A stretch of DNA of 64,000 nt from Candidatus Poribacteria bacterium (GTDB lineage Bacteria > Poribacteria > WGA-4E > WGA-3G), in the NCBI GenBank assembly GCA_965197475.1, contig CBDANF010000002.1, positions 480,001 through 544,000 on the forward strand, in the 5' to 3' direction. The notes under the pieces are model-generated. The model did not search any database. It had not been told where the DNA came from and saw nothing but the letters and a program-made list of their open reading frames with translations. The position numbers and the translations under genes were made by a program. Every line of letters starts with the position of its first letter. Within the stretch, counting starts at the first letter, position 1. Below are positions 31,673 through 41,096 of the stretch, piece by piece.

Positions 31673-31860
31673 TAAACAATAAAATAAATTGCGAAGAAAA
31701 AACGAACGGTTTGCAACTAAAATAAGAATATTGGGTATATTAATTTACATCAACAATTATGTCGTTGAGTACGTACACAAGTTGAATATTTTGCTAATGT
31801 AATTAAAACCATTGCCTAAATTGAAGTGCTACCGTTTATTCAGACCAAAATTTAGCAAAG

Positions 31861-32691
31861 TTAAGACAAGTTTTTTTGCTCAAATTCCACAGGTGTCAAA
31901 TACCCTAACGCAGAGTGAGGGCGTTTGTGATTATACACTTGTGTAATAAAATGCCCAATGCGGGTTCTTGCTTCGTGGATGTCCTCATAGTCATTGAGAT
32001 GAACTTCTTCTTCCTTGAGCGTGCGGATAAGTCTTTCAGCATATCCGTTCTCCCAAGGACACCCTCTCCGGGCGACTGAAATCTCAATCCCATGATGCCT
32101 AAGCAGTGAGATGGACGCATTTGAAAGATATTGAACGCCTTGATCAGAATGATGGATCTCTGGGACACTTTGACATAATGCTGTCTCCAAGGGTTTCAAC
32201 GTCAGAGATTGCGTCAAGTGTTGACTGATATGCCACCCTCTGATCATGCGAGTGAAGACATCCATGAGCAGACAAACATAGATAAAGTGTCCTTTGAGGC
32301 GGACGTAGGTAATATCGCCCACCCAGGCCTGATTACATCGGGAGACATCAAGGTTTTCAAGGCGATTGCTCCAGGGACGCACACCCGCAACGGATGTCGT
32401 GGTTTGACAGACACGCTTGACAGAAACCGAGAGGTTGGCGGACTTCATCAATCGGGCAACACGTTTATACCCGATGGTGTATCCGCTACGCACCAACAAC
32501 TGTGTGGGACGCCTATATCCGTATGTTGGATATAGCAAAGATAACGTCTCTATTTCATCCTGGAGGCCCGCTTCACACGGGGCCTGCTTGGGGTGATAAT
32601 AGAGGTTGCTTCGGTTGAAACCGAGTGTCTCACATATCTGCCGAACCGAAAAGTCTGTCCGTAATGCCGTAACCATTTCTCGCTGCTCCAT
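31861..32691 (-). CDS. IS3 transposase OrfB (rve integrase core)
   Basis: YGYRR, WVGDITY, HHSDQGVQY, ENGYAERL..TLKEE and YNHKRPHSALGY. Confidence 0.93.
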   Translation of the reverse strand: MEQREMVTALRTDFSVRQICETLGFNRSNLYYHPKQAPCEAGLQDEIETLSLLYPTYGYRRPTQLLVRSGYTIGYKRVARLMKSANLSVSVKRVCQTTTSVAGVRPWSNRLENLDVSRCNQAWVGDITYVRLKGHFIYVCLLMDVFTRMIRGWHISQHLTQSLTLKPLETALCQSVPEIHHSDQGVQYLSNASISLLRHHGIEISVARRGCPWENGYAERLIRTLKEEEVHLNDYEDIHEARTRIGHFITQVYNHKRPHSALGYLTPVEFEQKNLS

Positions 32692-32696
32692 CGAGG

Positions 32697-32987
32697 CTAA
32701 CTCAAGTAAGTTGAGGCTTTTTTTTGGATGTCAAGTGCCAAGGTCAACCGCCCAACGAGTTGCTCAAGTTGGGCGATCCGCTCCGCAGAGGCATCAGACT
32801 GTTTATCAGCGGGTTCAAAGAGGGTCGCCGCTTTTTCAAGAAGCTGTCGCTTCCACTTTGAAAGTTGTTCATCGATGAGGTTATGTCGCCGACACACTTC
32901 TGCTTGGGAACTTTCAACGCTGAGAACCTCAAGAACAACTTCGGCTTTAAACTCGGGGGTGAAGTTTCTTCGTTTTCGTTTCGCCAT
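32697..32987 (-). CDS. IS3 transposase OrfA (HTH_Tnp_1)
   Basis: RRNFTPEFKAEVV...VCRRHNL...LSKWKRQL; coiled coil; ends in IQKKAS slippery site. Confidence 0.92.
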   Translation of the reverse strand: MAKRKRRNFTPEFKAEVVLEVLSVESSQAEVCRRHNLIDEQLSKWKRQLLEKAATLFEPADKQSDASAERIAQLEQLVGRLTLALDIQKKASTYLS

Positions 32988-33080
32988 CGGATACTCCTTT
33001 CAAGGAGATGGATATTATACCATAATCTTGTCTTAGAGAGCGGCCCGAATTTCCGGTGGCAGTACAAATTGTCGTTTATA

Positions 33081-33089
33081 TGTTATAAT
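33081..33089 (+). promoter_or_regulatory. Extended -10 element (TGTTATAAT) upstream of the three-gene cassette
   Basis: Removing IS3 and one TSD copy restores TTGCCT-18 bp-TATAAT. Confidence 0.5.
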
Positions 33090-33171
33090 TAAAAGTGAAA
33101 TTCATAAAAAATAACGTTAATTAAAATTTCTTTCTCAGTGGACAAAGGCACAAAGTGCATTTGAATTCCTT

Positions 33172-33963
33172 ATGAATACAACACCACAATCAACCCTAAA
33201 ATATGAGAATCCGCCTATTAATGAGATCGTTTGCGGTGTCCGAGTCGGACCAATTAAGCAGTTACAATCGGCACATTTCGGCATTCTGTGGCAAAAATTC
33301 AGGCATGATTTTCCCAAAACTGAAGACCATGATCTAATAGGTCCTATGTCCCAAGAGGATCTTGGGAGTATTAACAAGTTGCCATTGCCAAGGGTTTGGT
33401 TTATACACAGAAACGAAAACGAACTCGTTCAAGTACAACGAAATCGATTTCATTACAATTGGCGAGAAAGAGAAGAGGGTGATGAATATCCAGGGTACGA
33501 AAAAATTATTAATAACTTTGAAAGATATCTAACTCTTTTCCAAGAATTTCTGGTAGAGGAAAACTTAGGAAATCTCGTAACTAAAGAATATGAATTGACA
33601 TATATTGACCTCATTCCTAAAGGGCAAGGATGGGAAAATCTTAATGATTTGGAAAAAGTTTTCCCAAATTTATTATCTCTAACAAAACAAGACATACTTT
33701 CAACTAATGTGAGAGTTATTAATTGGCAAACTATTTTAGATTTACCAAATGGGTTAGGGCAATTAAGTGTAGCGATTCGTAGTGGTCAGAGGAAAACTAA
33801 CAGCCAACCACTTCTCCACATTGAAACCAAAGCATTAGGCAAGGGACATTCTGAATCTATGCAAGCATGGTTTGATGCCGCGCACACTACTATAACTGAA
33901 CTTTTTTTGAACCTCGTAAGCAGTGAGATTCAAAAGAAATTTTGGGGAAGAGAATCAAATTAG
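33172..33963 (+). CDS. TIGR04255-like protein
   Basis: YENPPINEIVCGV, PRVWF...LVQVQ.NRFHYNWR...YPGYE and ELTYID motifs, as recalled for this family. Confidence 0.75.
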   Translation: MNTTPQSTLKYENPPINEIVCGVRVGPIKQLQSAHFGILWQKFRHDFPKTEDHDLIGPMSQEDLGSINKLPLPRVWFIHRNENELVQVQRNRFHYNWREREEGDEYPGYEKIINNFERYLTLFQEFLVEENLGNLVTKEYELTYIDLIPKGQGWENLNDLEKVFPNLLSLTKQDILSTNVRVINWQTILDLPNGLGQLSVAIRSGQRKTNSQPLLHIETKALGKGHSESMQAWFDAAHTTITELFLNLVSSEIQKKFWGRESN

Positions 33964-33971
33964 GTGAACAT

Positions 33972-34415
33972 ATGCTAACTACAGCAACAATAGGCCAGGA
34001 CATAAATATCCCTCCTCTTTTTGACGAGGTAGAAAAACCGGGTGCTCTAAAGTTTTTCTGGGAAAATAAAAGGACACTATCGGAAGTAGGTTTTACTGCA
34101 GGAACGATTCTTAAAGGTTCAAATTTTCTCTTAGGTAGAAGGAAAAATTATCAGATGCCAGAATTTTCTAAGCGAAACACGATTGCATTGCTTGAATTAA
34201 GTTTTGAGGAAGAAGTTGCCCCTGGAATAACGCAAGAGTTTGCTGATATACAACAAGAACGCCTTGGATCTGCCTTCTACGATGATGAAGACCTACTTGA
34301 TTGGGACGCTGCTATAATTACCCCTCCACCTCGACCATCAGGTACAATACGGGTTAAGTTAAAACACAAAGAACGGAGAAAACCATCTCCTTTTGATGAT
34401 TATTGGGAAGAGTAG
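33972..34415 (+). CDS. Hypothetical acidic protein (middle gene of cassette)
   Basis: ATG 8 bp after the upstream stop, with AGGTG RBS; acidic/aromatic/Pro-rich C-terminus (YDDEDLLDWDAAIITPPPRPSG...FDDYWEE). Confidence 0.65.
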   Translation: MLTTATIGQDINIPPLFDEVEKPGALKFFWENKRTLSEVGFTAGTILKGSNFLLGRRKNYQMPEFSKRNTIALLELSFEEEVAPGITQEFADIQQERLGSAFYDDEDLLDWDAAIITPPPRPSGTIRVKLKHKERRKPSPFDDYWEE

Positions 34416-34442
34416 GATTTTAACACTCAGGAATGTTTTAGC

Positions 34443-34994
34443 ATGACTTATCCTTGGTATTGTTTAGTTGATGGTGACAAATTGGAGCAAGGAGATATCC
34501 TTGAAGAATGTCCGGTATTTTCTCCACCCTCCAATTTAACACTAAATTCCTCAAAAGATCCCGAAGGCGAAGCATTATTTGAATGGGAAAGAAAAGATGT
34601 TATTATCATGTCTCAGAGCTGCGATTTAGTTAAGGGTAGAGAAAAAGTTGAGGATGTGTTACTTTGTATTATATGGAACATTTCAGAATTTGTTGCCGAA
34701 TTCGTAAGAGACGATTTATCCGAAAGACAAATTAAGGAACAACTTCGGAAGGGACAACGACCTGCTTTTCAAGTGCTTAATGAATGCGATTTACCGAATG
34801 TAAAAAGGGAATTCAGAGTTGTTGACTTGCGTCGTACTTACACGCTTCCACTAAGTTTTTGCAGAGAGTTTGCAGCAAAAGCTGAAAACCGTATTCGGTT
34901 GCTTCCACCATATCGAGAACATCTTTCTCAGGCTTTTGCTCGCTTTTTCATGCAAGTTGGTTTACCCACCGACATTCCTCCATTTAAAAAATAA
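34443..34994 (+). CDS. Conserved hypothetical protein, possible PemK/MazF-like fold
   Basis: LEQGDIL...VIIMSQSCDL...VLLC...VVDLRRTYTL...RIRLLPPYREHLSQAFARFF; motif spacing recalls MazF/PemK (inference). Confidence 0.6.
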   Translation: MTYPWYCLVDGDKLEQGDILEECPVFSPPSNLTLNSSKDPEGEALFEWERKDVIIMSQSCDLVKGREKVEDVLLCIIWNISEFVAEFVRDDLSERQIKEQLRKGQRPAFQVLNECDLPNVKREFRVVDLRRTYTLPLSFCREFAAKAENRIRLLPPYREHLSQAFARFFMQVGLPTDIPPFKK

Positions 34995-35231
34995 TTTCAC
35001 CTATCTGATAATCGTGAATTGAACAAATTTCCCTATATGAGGAGGAACCCGGCGAATGCTATACGTGCATGAGGCGTTGATTCCACCCTACAGATGATTT
35101 GTTAGATAGACTGTAGTATTTTTACAATGGATAGACCAGACGGTTCACAAGGGTTCGCTGTCGTTTCCATCATTCTTTAACGGCATTTATGCAAAAGAAA
35201 ACCCCAACTTCCTGCCAAGGAGAGATTTACA

Positions 35232-37826
35232 ATGAAAACTAAGTTATTTTTTATTTTTTTGACGCAATTACTAATTTCAACACTATTTTTATACAACAGC
35301 GTTGCCCAAGACTACACAACGTGGAATTTACCCGAGGGAGCCAAAGCACGCCTGGGTAAAGGGACTGTGAACGATATTGCATATTCCCCGGATGGCATGT
35401 ATTTCGCAGCTGTCAGTGATATAGGTATTTGGCTGTATGATGCCAAGACCTATCAAGAGGTGTCATTACTTACAGGGCATACGGGAGTTGTCCTGAGAGT
35501 CGCGTTCAGTCCTGATGGAAATACCTTCGCCAGTGGGGGTAATGACGGAACTATCCGTTTGTGGGATGCGGGGACAGGTGAACACAAACAGACACTTGAA
35601 CTCAAACAGACACCGCGTGTAGGGGAGCCTCCGTCTCTCTATAGTATTGCGTTTGCCCCGGATGGGAAAACACTTGCTATTAGTGGAGATTGGCACAACG
35701 GAATAGAGTTATGGGATGCAGTAGCAGGTGAACACAAACAGACACTCAGAGGGCATACGGATCTTATCCTTAGTGTGGTGTTTAGCCCGGACGGGAAGAT
35801 ACTCACCAGCGCAAGCTTTGATAAAACTATCAGATTGTGGGATGCGGGGACAGGTGAACACAAACGGACACTCGTACATCCGAATCGTGTCCGTGTCGTA
35901 GCGTTCAGTCCTGATGGACACACACTCGCCAGTGGAGGTTGGGACCGACCTATCCGATTATGGGATGTGGAAACAGGTGAGCTTAAGCAGAGACTTACAG
36001 GACATACCTATGGTACCGATAGCATTGCGTTCAGTCCTGATGGACATACACTTGCCAGTGGGAGTTTCAACGAAATCCGTTTGTGGAATACGATAACAAG
36101 TGGACTTAAACAGACACTCGTACATCCGGCGACTGTCTTTAGGGTAGCGTTCAGTCTTGATGGCAAGACACTCGCCAGCGCAAGTTTTGAGCAAACTATA
36201 CGTTTGTGGAATGCGGGGACAGGTGAACATAAACAGACACTCACATATACAGATCATGTCTCAAGCATTGCTTTTAGTCCTGATGGACAAATTCTCGCTA
36301 GTGGGGACCAAAGGATATGGTTGTGGAATGTTGGCACAAGTGAACACAAGCAGATATTTGCAGAGCATACGTGGGGTGTCAATAGCGTTGCATTCAGTCC
36401 TGATGGACAAATCCTTGCCAGTGGAGGCGGGGGCGGACTCGTCAAGTTGTGGGATACGGACACAGGTGAACTCAAGCGAACACTCATAACAGGTGAGGAA
36501 GTCGATAGTGTTAGTGTAGCATTTAGTCCCGATGGGCAGACGCTTGCCTGTGGAAGTGGGCGCGATATCCGTTTGTTGGATGTGGAAACAGGAGAACTCA
36601 AGCAGACACTCAAAGGGGTAGCGGATATCTATAGCATAGCATTCAGTCCCGATGGAAAAACACTTGCATGTGGAAGTGAAGACCGAACTGTTCGGTTATG
36701 GGATGTGGGAAAAGGTGAACAAAAGCAAATACTCAGAGGGCATACGCTGAGGGTCAATAGCGTGACATTCAGTCCTGATGGACACACACTCGCTAGTACG
36801 GGAAGACGCGAAGTTCGGTTGTGGGATGTGGAAACAGGTGAACAAAAGCAAACACTTGCGCATACCGATTTTTCTGGTGGCATTGCGTTCAGTCCTGATG
36901 GACATACACTCGCCAGTGGTGAATTGTTCAAAGTTCGGTTATGGGATGTGGAAACAGGTGAACAAAAGCAGGTACTCAGAGGGCATACGCGAGGTGTCTT
37001 TAACGTTGCGTTCAGTCCCGATGGACACACACTCGCCAGTGGTAGTAGTGATGGCACAGTGCTGCTGTGGAACACCACACCTACGCCAATCATAGAAACA
37101 ACCTTGCGATTTGAGGCACCCCCAGTACAATCCTATACTATTGGAGACCATCTAATGATACTGCTAAAAATCGTAGATGGAAAAAACGTCGCAGGCTATC
37201 GGGCGACTGTGTCCTATGACACCGATGCGCTCCGCTACGTTAAAAGTGCTAAAGGGGATTATTTACCAGATGCTATCTTCAGGCGACGCGTCGTTGATGG
37301 GAATAAGGTGATGCTTTCCGCAACATCTCCTGCGGGTGAGAACCATGGGGATGGTACACTTGCCACACTCACGTTTGAAATCTTGGCTTTCAAAACATCA
37401 ACATTGAAACTATCCGCAGTACGGCTCATTGATTCAGATGGCGTGAGTTCTTTGCCACAGATTATTGAAAATATGGATGTTGAAATAATTGAGGATGCCC
37501 GCGCTGTTGAACCGAATGGGAAGCATTACACGAAATGGGGACAGATTAAAACTGCAGCCGTTTTTCAAAACTATCCGAACCCCTTCAACCCTGAAACATG
37601 GATACCTTATACCCTTTTTGAATTGAGTGATGTTCAACTCTTAATCTTTGCCCCGAGTGGAGAATTGGTGCGAGAATTTAAACTTAGGCAGCAGTCCCGT
37701 GGCGATAAAGAGTTATATTGGGATGGAAAAAACACTGATGGTGAAACTGTTGCCAGTGGCATCTATTTCTATCAGTTTGAGGCAGGTAATACTCGAAGTG
37801 TGCGAAAAATGTGGCTATTAAAGTAG
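35232..37826 (+). CDS. Secreted WD40-repeat protein with cohesin-like domain and FlgD/T9SS-like C-terminal domain
   Basis: Signal peptide; ~14 GH...VAFSPDG.TLASG....RLWD repeats; cohesin-like region (VAGY.ATVSYD..AL...GDGTLATLTF); QNYPNPFNPETWIPY...WDGKN..GE.VASGIYFY. Confidence 0.92.
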   Translation: MKTKLFFIFLTQLLISTLFLYNSVAQDYTTWNLPEGAKARLGKGTVNDIAYSPDGMYFAAVSDIGIWLYDAKTYQEVSLLTGHTGVVLRVAFSPDGNTFASGGNDGTIRLWDAGTGEHKQTLELKQTPRVGEPPSLYSIAFAPDGKTLAISGDWHNGIELWDAVAGEHKQTLRGHTDLILSVVFSPDGKILTSASFDKTIRLWDAGTGEHKRTLVHPNRVRVVAFSPDGHTLASGGWDRPIRLWDVETGELKQRLTGHTYGTDSIAFSPDGHTLASGSFNEIRLWNTITSGLKQTLVHPATVFRVAFSLDGKTLASASFEQTIRLWNAGTGEHKQTLTYTDHVSSIAFSPDGQILASGDQRIWLWNVGTSEHKQIFAEHTWGVNSVAFSPDGQILASGGGGGLVKLWDTDTGELKRTLITGEEVDSVSVAFSPDGQTLACGSGRDIRLLDVETGELKQTLKGVADIYSIAFSPDGKTLACGSEDRTVRLWDVGKGEQKQILRGHTLRVNSVTFSPDGHTLASTGRREVRLWDVETGEQKQTLAHTDFSGGIAFSPDGHTLASGELFKVRLWDVETGEQKQVLRGHTRGVFNVAFSPDGHTLASGSSDGTVLLWNTTPTPIIETTLRFEAPPVQSYTIGDHLMILLKIVDGKNVAGYRATVSYDTDALRYVKSAKGDYLPDAIFRRRVVDGNKVMLSATSPAGENHGDGTLATLTFEILAFKTSTLKLSAVRLIDSDGVSSLPQIIENMDVEIIEDARAVEPNGKHYTKWGQIKTAAVFQNYPNPFNPETWIPYTLFELSDVQLLIFAPSGELVREFKLRQQSRGDKELYWDGKNTDGETVASGIYFYQFEAGNTRSVRKMWLLK
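35470..37075 (+). repeat. Tandem ~120-126-bp coding WD40 repeats with high DNA identity
   Basis: Recurrent GCGTTCAGTCCTGATGGACA.ACACTCGCCAGTGG and TGGGATGTGGAAACAGGTGAACA. Confidence 0.9.
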
Positions 37827-37853
37827 AGCACATCTCATAAATAGTCAAATAAT

Positions 37854-38441
37854 CTAAAAAAGTCTTTTTAATAAGTAATACCATTTCTCAATAATTATAT
37901 TCCATTTGCGACTTCGTGAAATATTTAAAATTGTGATTTGGGCAATAGCTGCCTTCGTATACTTTCTCAAGATTTGTGTGATTTTGTCCTGCATTTCCTC
38001 TATTGACCCCAATGTGTGCTGAAACAATTTGGCTTTGATGTCTTGCCAGAGTCTTTCGATCGGGTTCAACTCTGGACTATAAGGGGGTAGAAAAATCAAG
38101 GCGATATTGTCAGGAAGTTGTAGCGATTTCGCCTGATGAAAACGACCATTATTAAGCACAAGGATATTTAGCGTCTCTGGAAAAGTCTTTGCTAACTCAT
38201 CAATGAATACTTGGAAACAGACACCATTGAGCCAGGGCATTTCAAGGAAGAAACTTTCTCCTGTTATCGGTTCCACAGCACCGTATAGATAAAGGTTCTG
38301 GAAAGTGTAATTGATGTTGGCAATCGGTTTGACACCGGACACAGTAATACGCCGAGACGACACAGGCAAAAGACCACATCTTGACTCATCTTGGCAAAAA
38401 AGTCGGGCGTTTTGAAAAGAAGATGCCTTCTCCGAAATCAC
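37854..38441 (-). CDS. IS630 transposase C-terminal DDE part
   Basis: QDESRCG, LYGAVEPITG, FLPPYSPELNPIERLW. The expected LDN reads LNN (second Asp replaced), and the ORF runs past the TIR. Confidence 0.85.
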   Translation of the reverse strand: MISEKASSFQNARLFCQDESRCGLLPVSSRRITVSGVKPIANINYTFQNLYLYGAVEPITGESFFLEMPWLNGVCFQVFIDELAKTFPETLNILVLNNGRFHQAKSLQLPDNIALIFLPPYSPELNPIERLWQDIKAKLFQHTLGSIEEMQDKITQILRKYTKAAIAQITILNISRSRKWNIIIEKWYYLLKRLF

Positions 38442-39035
38442 CTCCTCAACTTTGGTAGCGAAGTTAGCAACGAACGCATCACACGCTACATCGTTTTTTT
38501 TTTATGACTTTTGCGAGGCACTTTGAGTTTGGCTTTCCATTTATACCGAACTAACGCATGAACTGTTTTATAGTGCATTTGGACACCGAAGGTTTCGGCA
38601 ATATAGTCTGTTATCTGTTGATAACTTGAAAAACCCTCCGGTTTTTCAAGTTCCGCCCGCAACAGATCTTGTTGTTCTTTAGATAGCCGAGGGGGACACC
38701 CCGGGGAATAATCACGATCCAAAAGCGCATCCAGTCCTTCGGACTCATAAGTCGATATCCAGTGTCCAATCGTTTTTCGGTTAACACCTATCAGCGCGGC
38801 TGCTTGTTTGCGAGTTGTCGCGTGACCACTGCGAAATAGGTAAAGGGCTGTCAATCTTTGCTTTTGATAACCTACGGGTGTCTTTCTCAACAGGCTTTTC
38901 AACTCTGAAACACTTTCTGTAATCTCTGGAGGCTTTATGTGCATTGGTGTCAATCCTATGATTTGTATAATTGGAAAAAGTATAGCAGAAATTGAAAACT
39001 TTTAAAAGGATAAATATATACAAGAAATGGTATTA
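37876..39035 (-). mobile_element. IS630-family insertion sequence (split transposase, probably inactive)
   Basis: Perfect 13-bp inverted ends including TA: TAATACCATTTCT / AGAAATGGTATTA; orfA and orfB joined at an A-run near 38493-38502. Confidence 0.92.
38486..38953 (-). CDS. IS630 transposase N-terminal HTH part
   Basis: RLTALYL...IGVNRKTIGHWISTYESEGL...KLKVPRKSHKK. Confidence 0.88.
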   Translation of the reverse strand: MTPMHIKPPEITESVSELKSLLRKTPVGYQKQRLTALYLFRSGHATTRKQAAALIGVNRKTIGHWISTYESEGLDALLDRDYSPGCPPRLSKEQQDLLRAELEKPEGFSSYQQITDYIAETFGVQMHYKTVHALVRYKWKAKLKVPRKSHKKKTM

Positions 39036-39156
39036 GATGGACTCTGGCACGAAGTGATTGCATGTCCCACTCGCGAAGGTAACAGTGGACAATGTCCAAC
39101 GTCTTGGGATGCATGGCATGCGCAATGGGAAACGAGTCCTCACAAGACAAATTTGT

Positions 39157-40087
39157 TTAATTTCCTGAATACTTTGTCAGAGTTGCTTTGCGATGCAATG
39201 CTTCAATAGCGGCTTTTCTCAATTCTTGCTGGCGTTGTAACGGTCCTTCGGCTCCTTCAGGTGCTGCACCGATTGGCATAAAAAGGTGAATTAGCGTGAC
39301 CTTGGAATCAGCATTGAAATCCAGTGAAATCCCTTTTTTCCAATACCAATGTGTGTTCTCATCAGCGATATCTTGTCTAATTTCTTCGGCAGGCCCAAAT
39401 TCCTCTTCCACACGTTTGAGAGTACTTCCAATACCGTTGCCGCCTGCCGTTTTTGCTTTATTGGGGCGTCTTAAAAATAGGGTTCTAACGAGATCTATGT
39501 CGTCAACAAAACCCGATAACCCGATGTTCGGTTCCCAATATGAAAAATGTTGGTCCCCGCCGATTGGGTTGTCCGGTTCTCCATAAAGGTCTTTAACTTT
39601 TGCAAACGGATCCCCAAACTTGATTCCAGCGGCACTCCTACCTGGAACAATAAGATTTTTTTTGGGGAGGGTCGGGATCTATTGTGATTTCCACTGATGG
39701 CTCAGGTGGAATAAATTTCTGGTTGGTGATCCGTTTGACTCTCTTTGTGGATTTACCCACTCCATCACTTACGTAGACAGTGACTTTAACGGATTCGACA
39801 TCCTCAGGGGCTGTCCATTTTACATTTGTCCCCGTTGTTGCGCTCAGTTTTCCGCCATCCACTTCCCATATATAATTCAATGGGTCGCCATCTTTGTCAT
39901 AAGCAATAACCCGGAATTCAATAATTTCTCCAGGACTGAATTCGGTGGGTACAATAAAACTGTCAACGATAGGTGAACTGTTGGCCGGTTCATCGTCACT
40001 ATCGTCCGAACCGCAACCACCAATATAAAAGATACACAAGTTCACAATAACAAAACTTAAAAAACGAAAAATGTTTTTCATAAACAT
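39157..40087 (-). pseudogene. Ig-like/PKD lipoprotein split by a 1-bp frameshift in an A8 tract
   Basis: Lipobox GGC in 39638..40087. Deleting one A at 39656-39663 gives a continuous frame ...PPQKNLIVPGRSAAGIKFGD...GNGIGSTLKRVEEEFG..., joining ORF 39157..39411. Confidence 0.8.
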
Positions 40088-40091
40088 ATCC

Positions 40092-41048
40092 TTAAATTTC
40101 TGCAGTGTCTCCCGTTTTTAAAACAACATAGCTCCGATAACGTTCTGGATGTATATCCCCAGATTCAACTGCGTTCTGGATTGCGCAATCGGATTCTTTG
40201 ACGTGTGCACAATCGTTGTATTTGCATGTACCGAGAAAAGGCTCCATCTCTGGAAAATAGTGTTCAATATTTTCTTTATCAACTCCCCATAAACCGACTT
40301 CGCGAATGCCAGGTGTGTCTGCGACTTCACCACCAACATCAAGTGTAAACAACTCTACGAGTGTTGTTGTGTGTCTACCTTTCCGTGTTTTTTCACCAAC
40401 TTCCGCAGTTCGCAATTTGAGGTTCGGTTGAATAGCATTCAAGAGGCTTGATTTTCCGACACCAGAGGGTCCGACAATTACACTGAATTTATCTTTTAGC
40501 ACGTTTTGAAGGGATTCAATGCTGGTCGGCATTTTGATGCTCGTGTACACTACTTGATAGCCGAGTTCCTCATAGATTGTGAAGGTAGAGGTAAGTTGAT
40601 CACGCTGGTCTGAATCTACCAAATCCATTTTATTCAAGCAGATAATAGCTGCCATATCCCCTGCCTCTGCTAAAATGAGAAATCGATCCAATGTCCGAAA
40701 GTTAAGATTGGGCATCCGCGTTGAAGCAACGGCTACAACTTGATGTGCGTTGGCAACAATTATCTGCTCAATATCTTCATGTCTCCCTGCGTATTGCCGT
40801 GAGAACTTGGTTTGGCGCGGAAGTATTTCCTCAACAACCCCTTCTTCTAAATCAAGTTGTGTAAAAATTACTTGATCGCCAGCAGCAACAGGGTCGGCGT
40901 AAAGTCTGCGTCCGGTTTCGGAACGTCGTTTTCGTTTTAAAGTGCCGCGTAATGTGCATCGCAAAACAAGTTCACCGTGCTGAACATCGTAAAATCCGGT
41001 TCGCGCTCGGATGACTCTGCCTTGTTCACGTGTAAGGATAAACGCCAC
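40092..41048 (-). CDS. rsgA: Small ribosomal subunit biogenesis GTPase RsgA
   Basis: NKMD, GPSGVGKSSL, GRHTTT, DTPG and Zn finger CKYNDCAH...C. Confidence 0.96.
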   Translation of the reverse strand: MAFILTREQGRVIRARTGFYDVQHGELVLRCTLRGTLKRKRRSETGRRLYADPVAAGDQVIFTQLDLEEGVVEEILPRQTKFSRQYAGRHEDIEQIIVANAHQVVAVASTRMPNLNFRTLDRFLILAEAGDMAAIICLNKMDLVDSDQRDQLTSTFTIYEELGYQVVYTSIKMPTSIESLQNVLKDKFSVIVGPSGVGKSSLLNAIQPNLKLRTAEVGEKTRKGRHTTTLVELFTLDVGGEVADTPGIREVGLWGVDKENIEHYFPEMEPFLGTCKYNDCAHVKESDCAIQNAVESGDIHPERYRSYVVLKTGDTAEI

Positions 41049-41096
41049 CTCCCATAGTGTTGGAGATAAAAAGAACTTCCTGAGGAAGCTAAATTA

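Larger units (their letters stand above)
31822..33066 (-). mobile_element. IS3-family insertion sequence, apparently complete
   Basis: TG...CA termini, ~25-bp imperfect TIRs (TGAAGTGCTACCGTTTATTCAGACC / TGTACTGCCACCGGAAATTCGGGCC), 3-bp TSD AAT, and orfA/orfB in -1 register with an A8 slippery run. Confidence 0.93.

Noticed and set aside
35470-37075. CRISPR array or DGR template/variable repeats
   Set aside because: The repeats are in-frame WD40 coding units without unique spacers. No cas or reverse transcriptase gene is in the window, and variation is not obviously adenine-specific.
37854-38953. IS630 as the currently active mobiliser of MITE A
   Set aside because: The second catalytic Asp appears replaced (LNNGRFH) and the 3' end looks frameshifted, so an intact copy elsewhere would be required.
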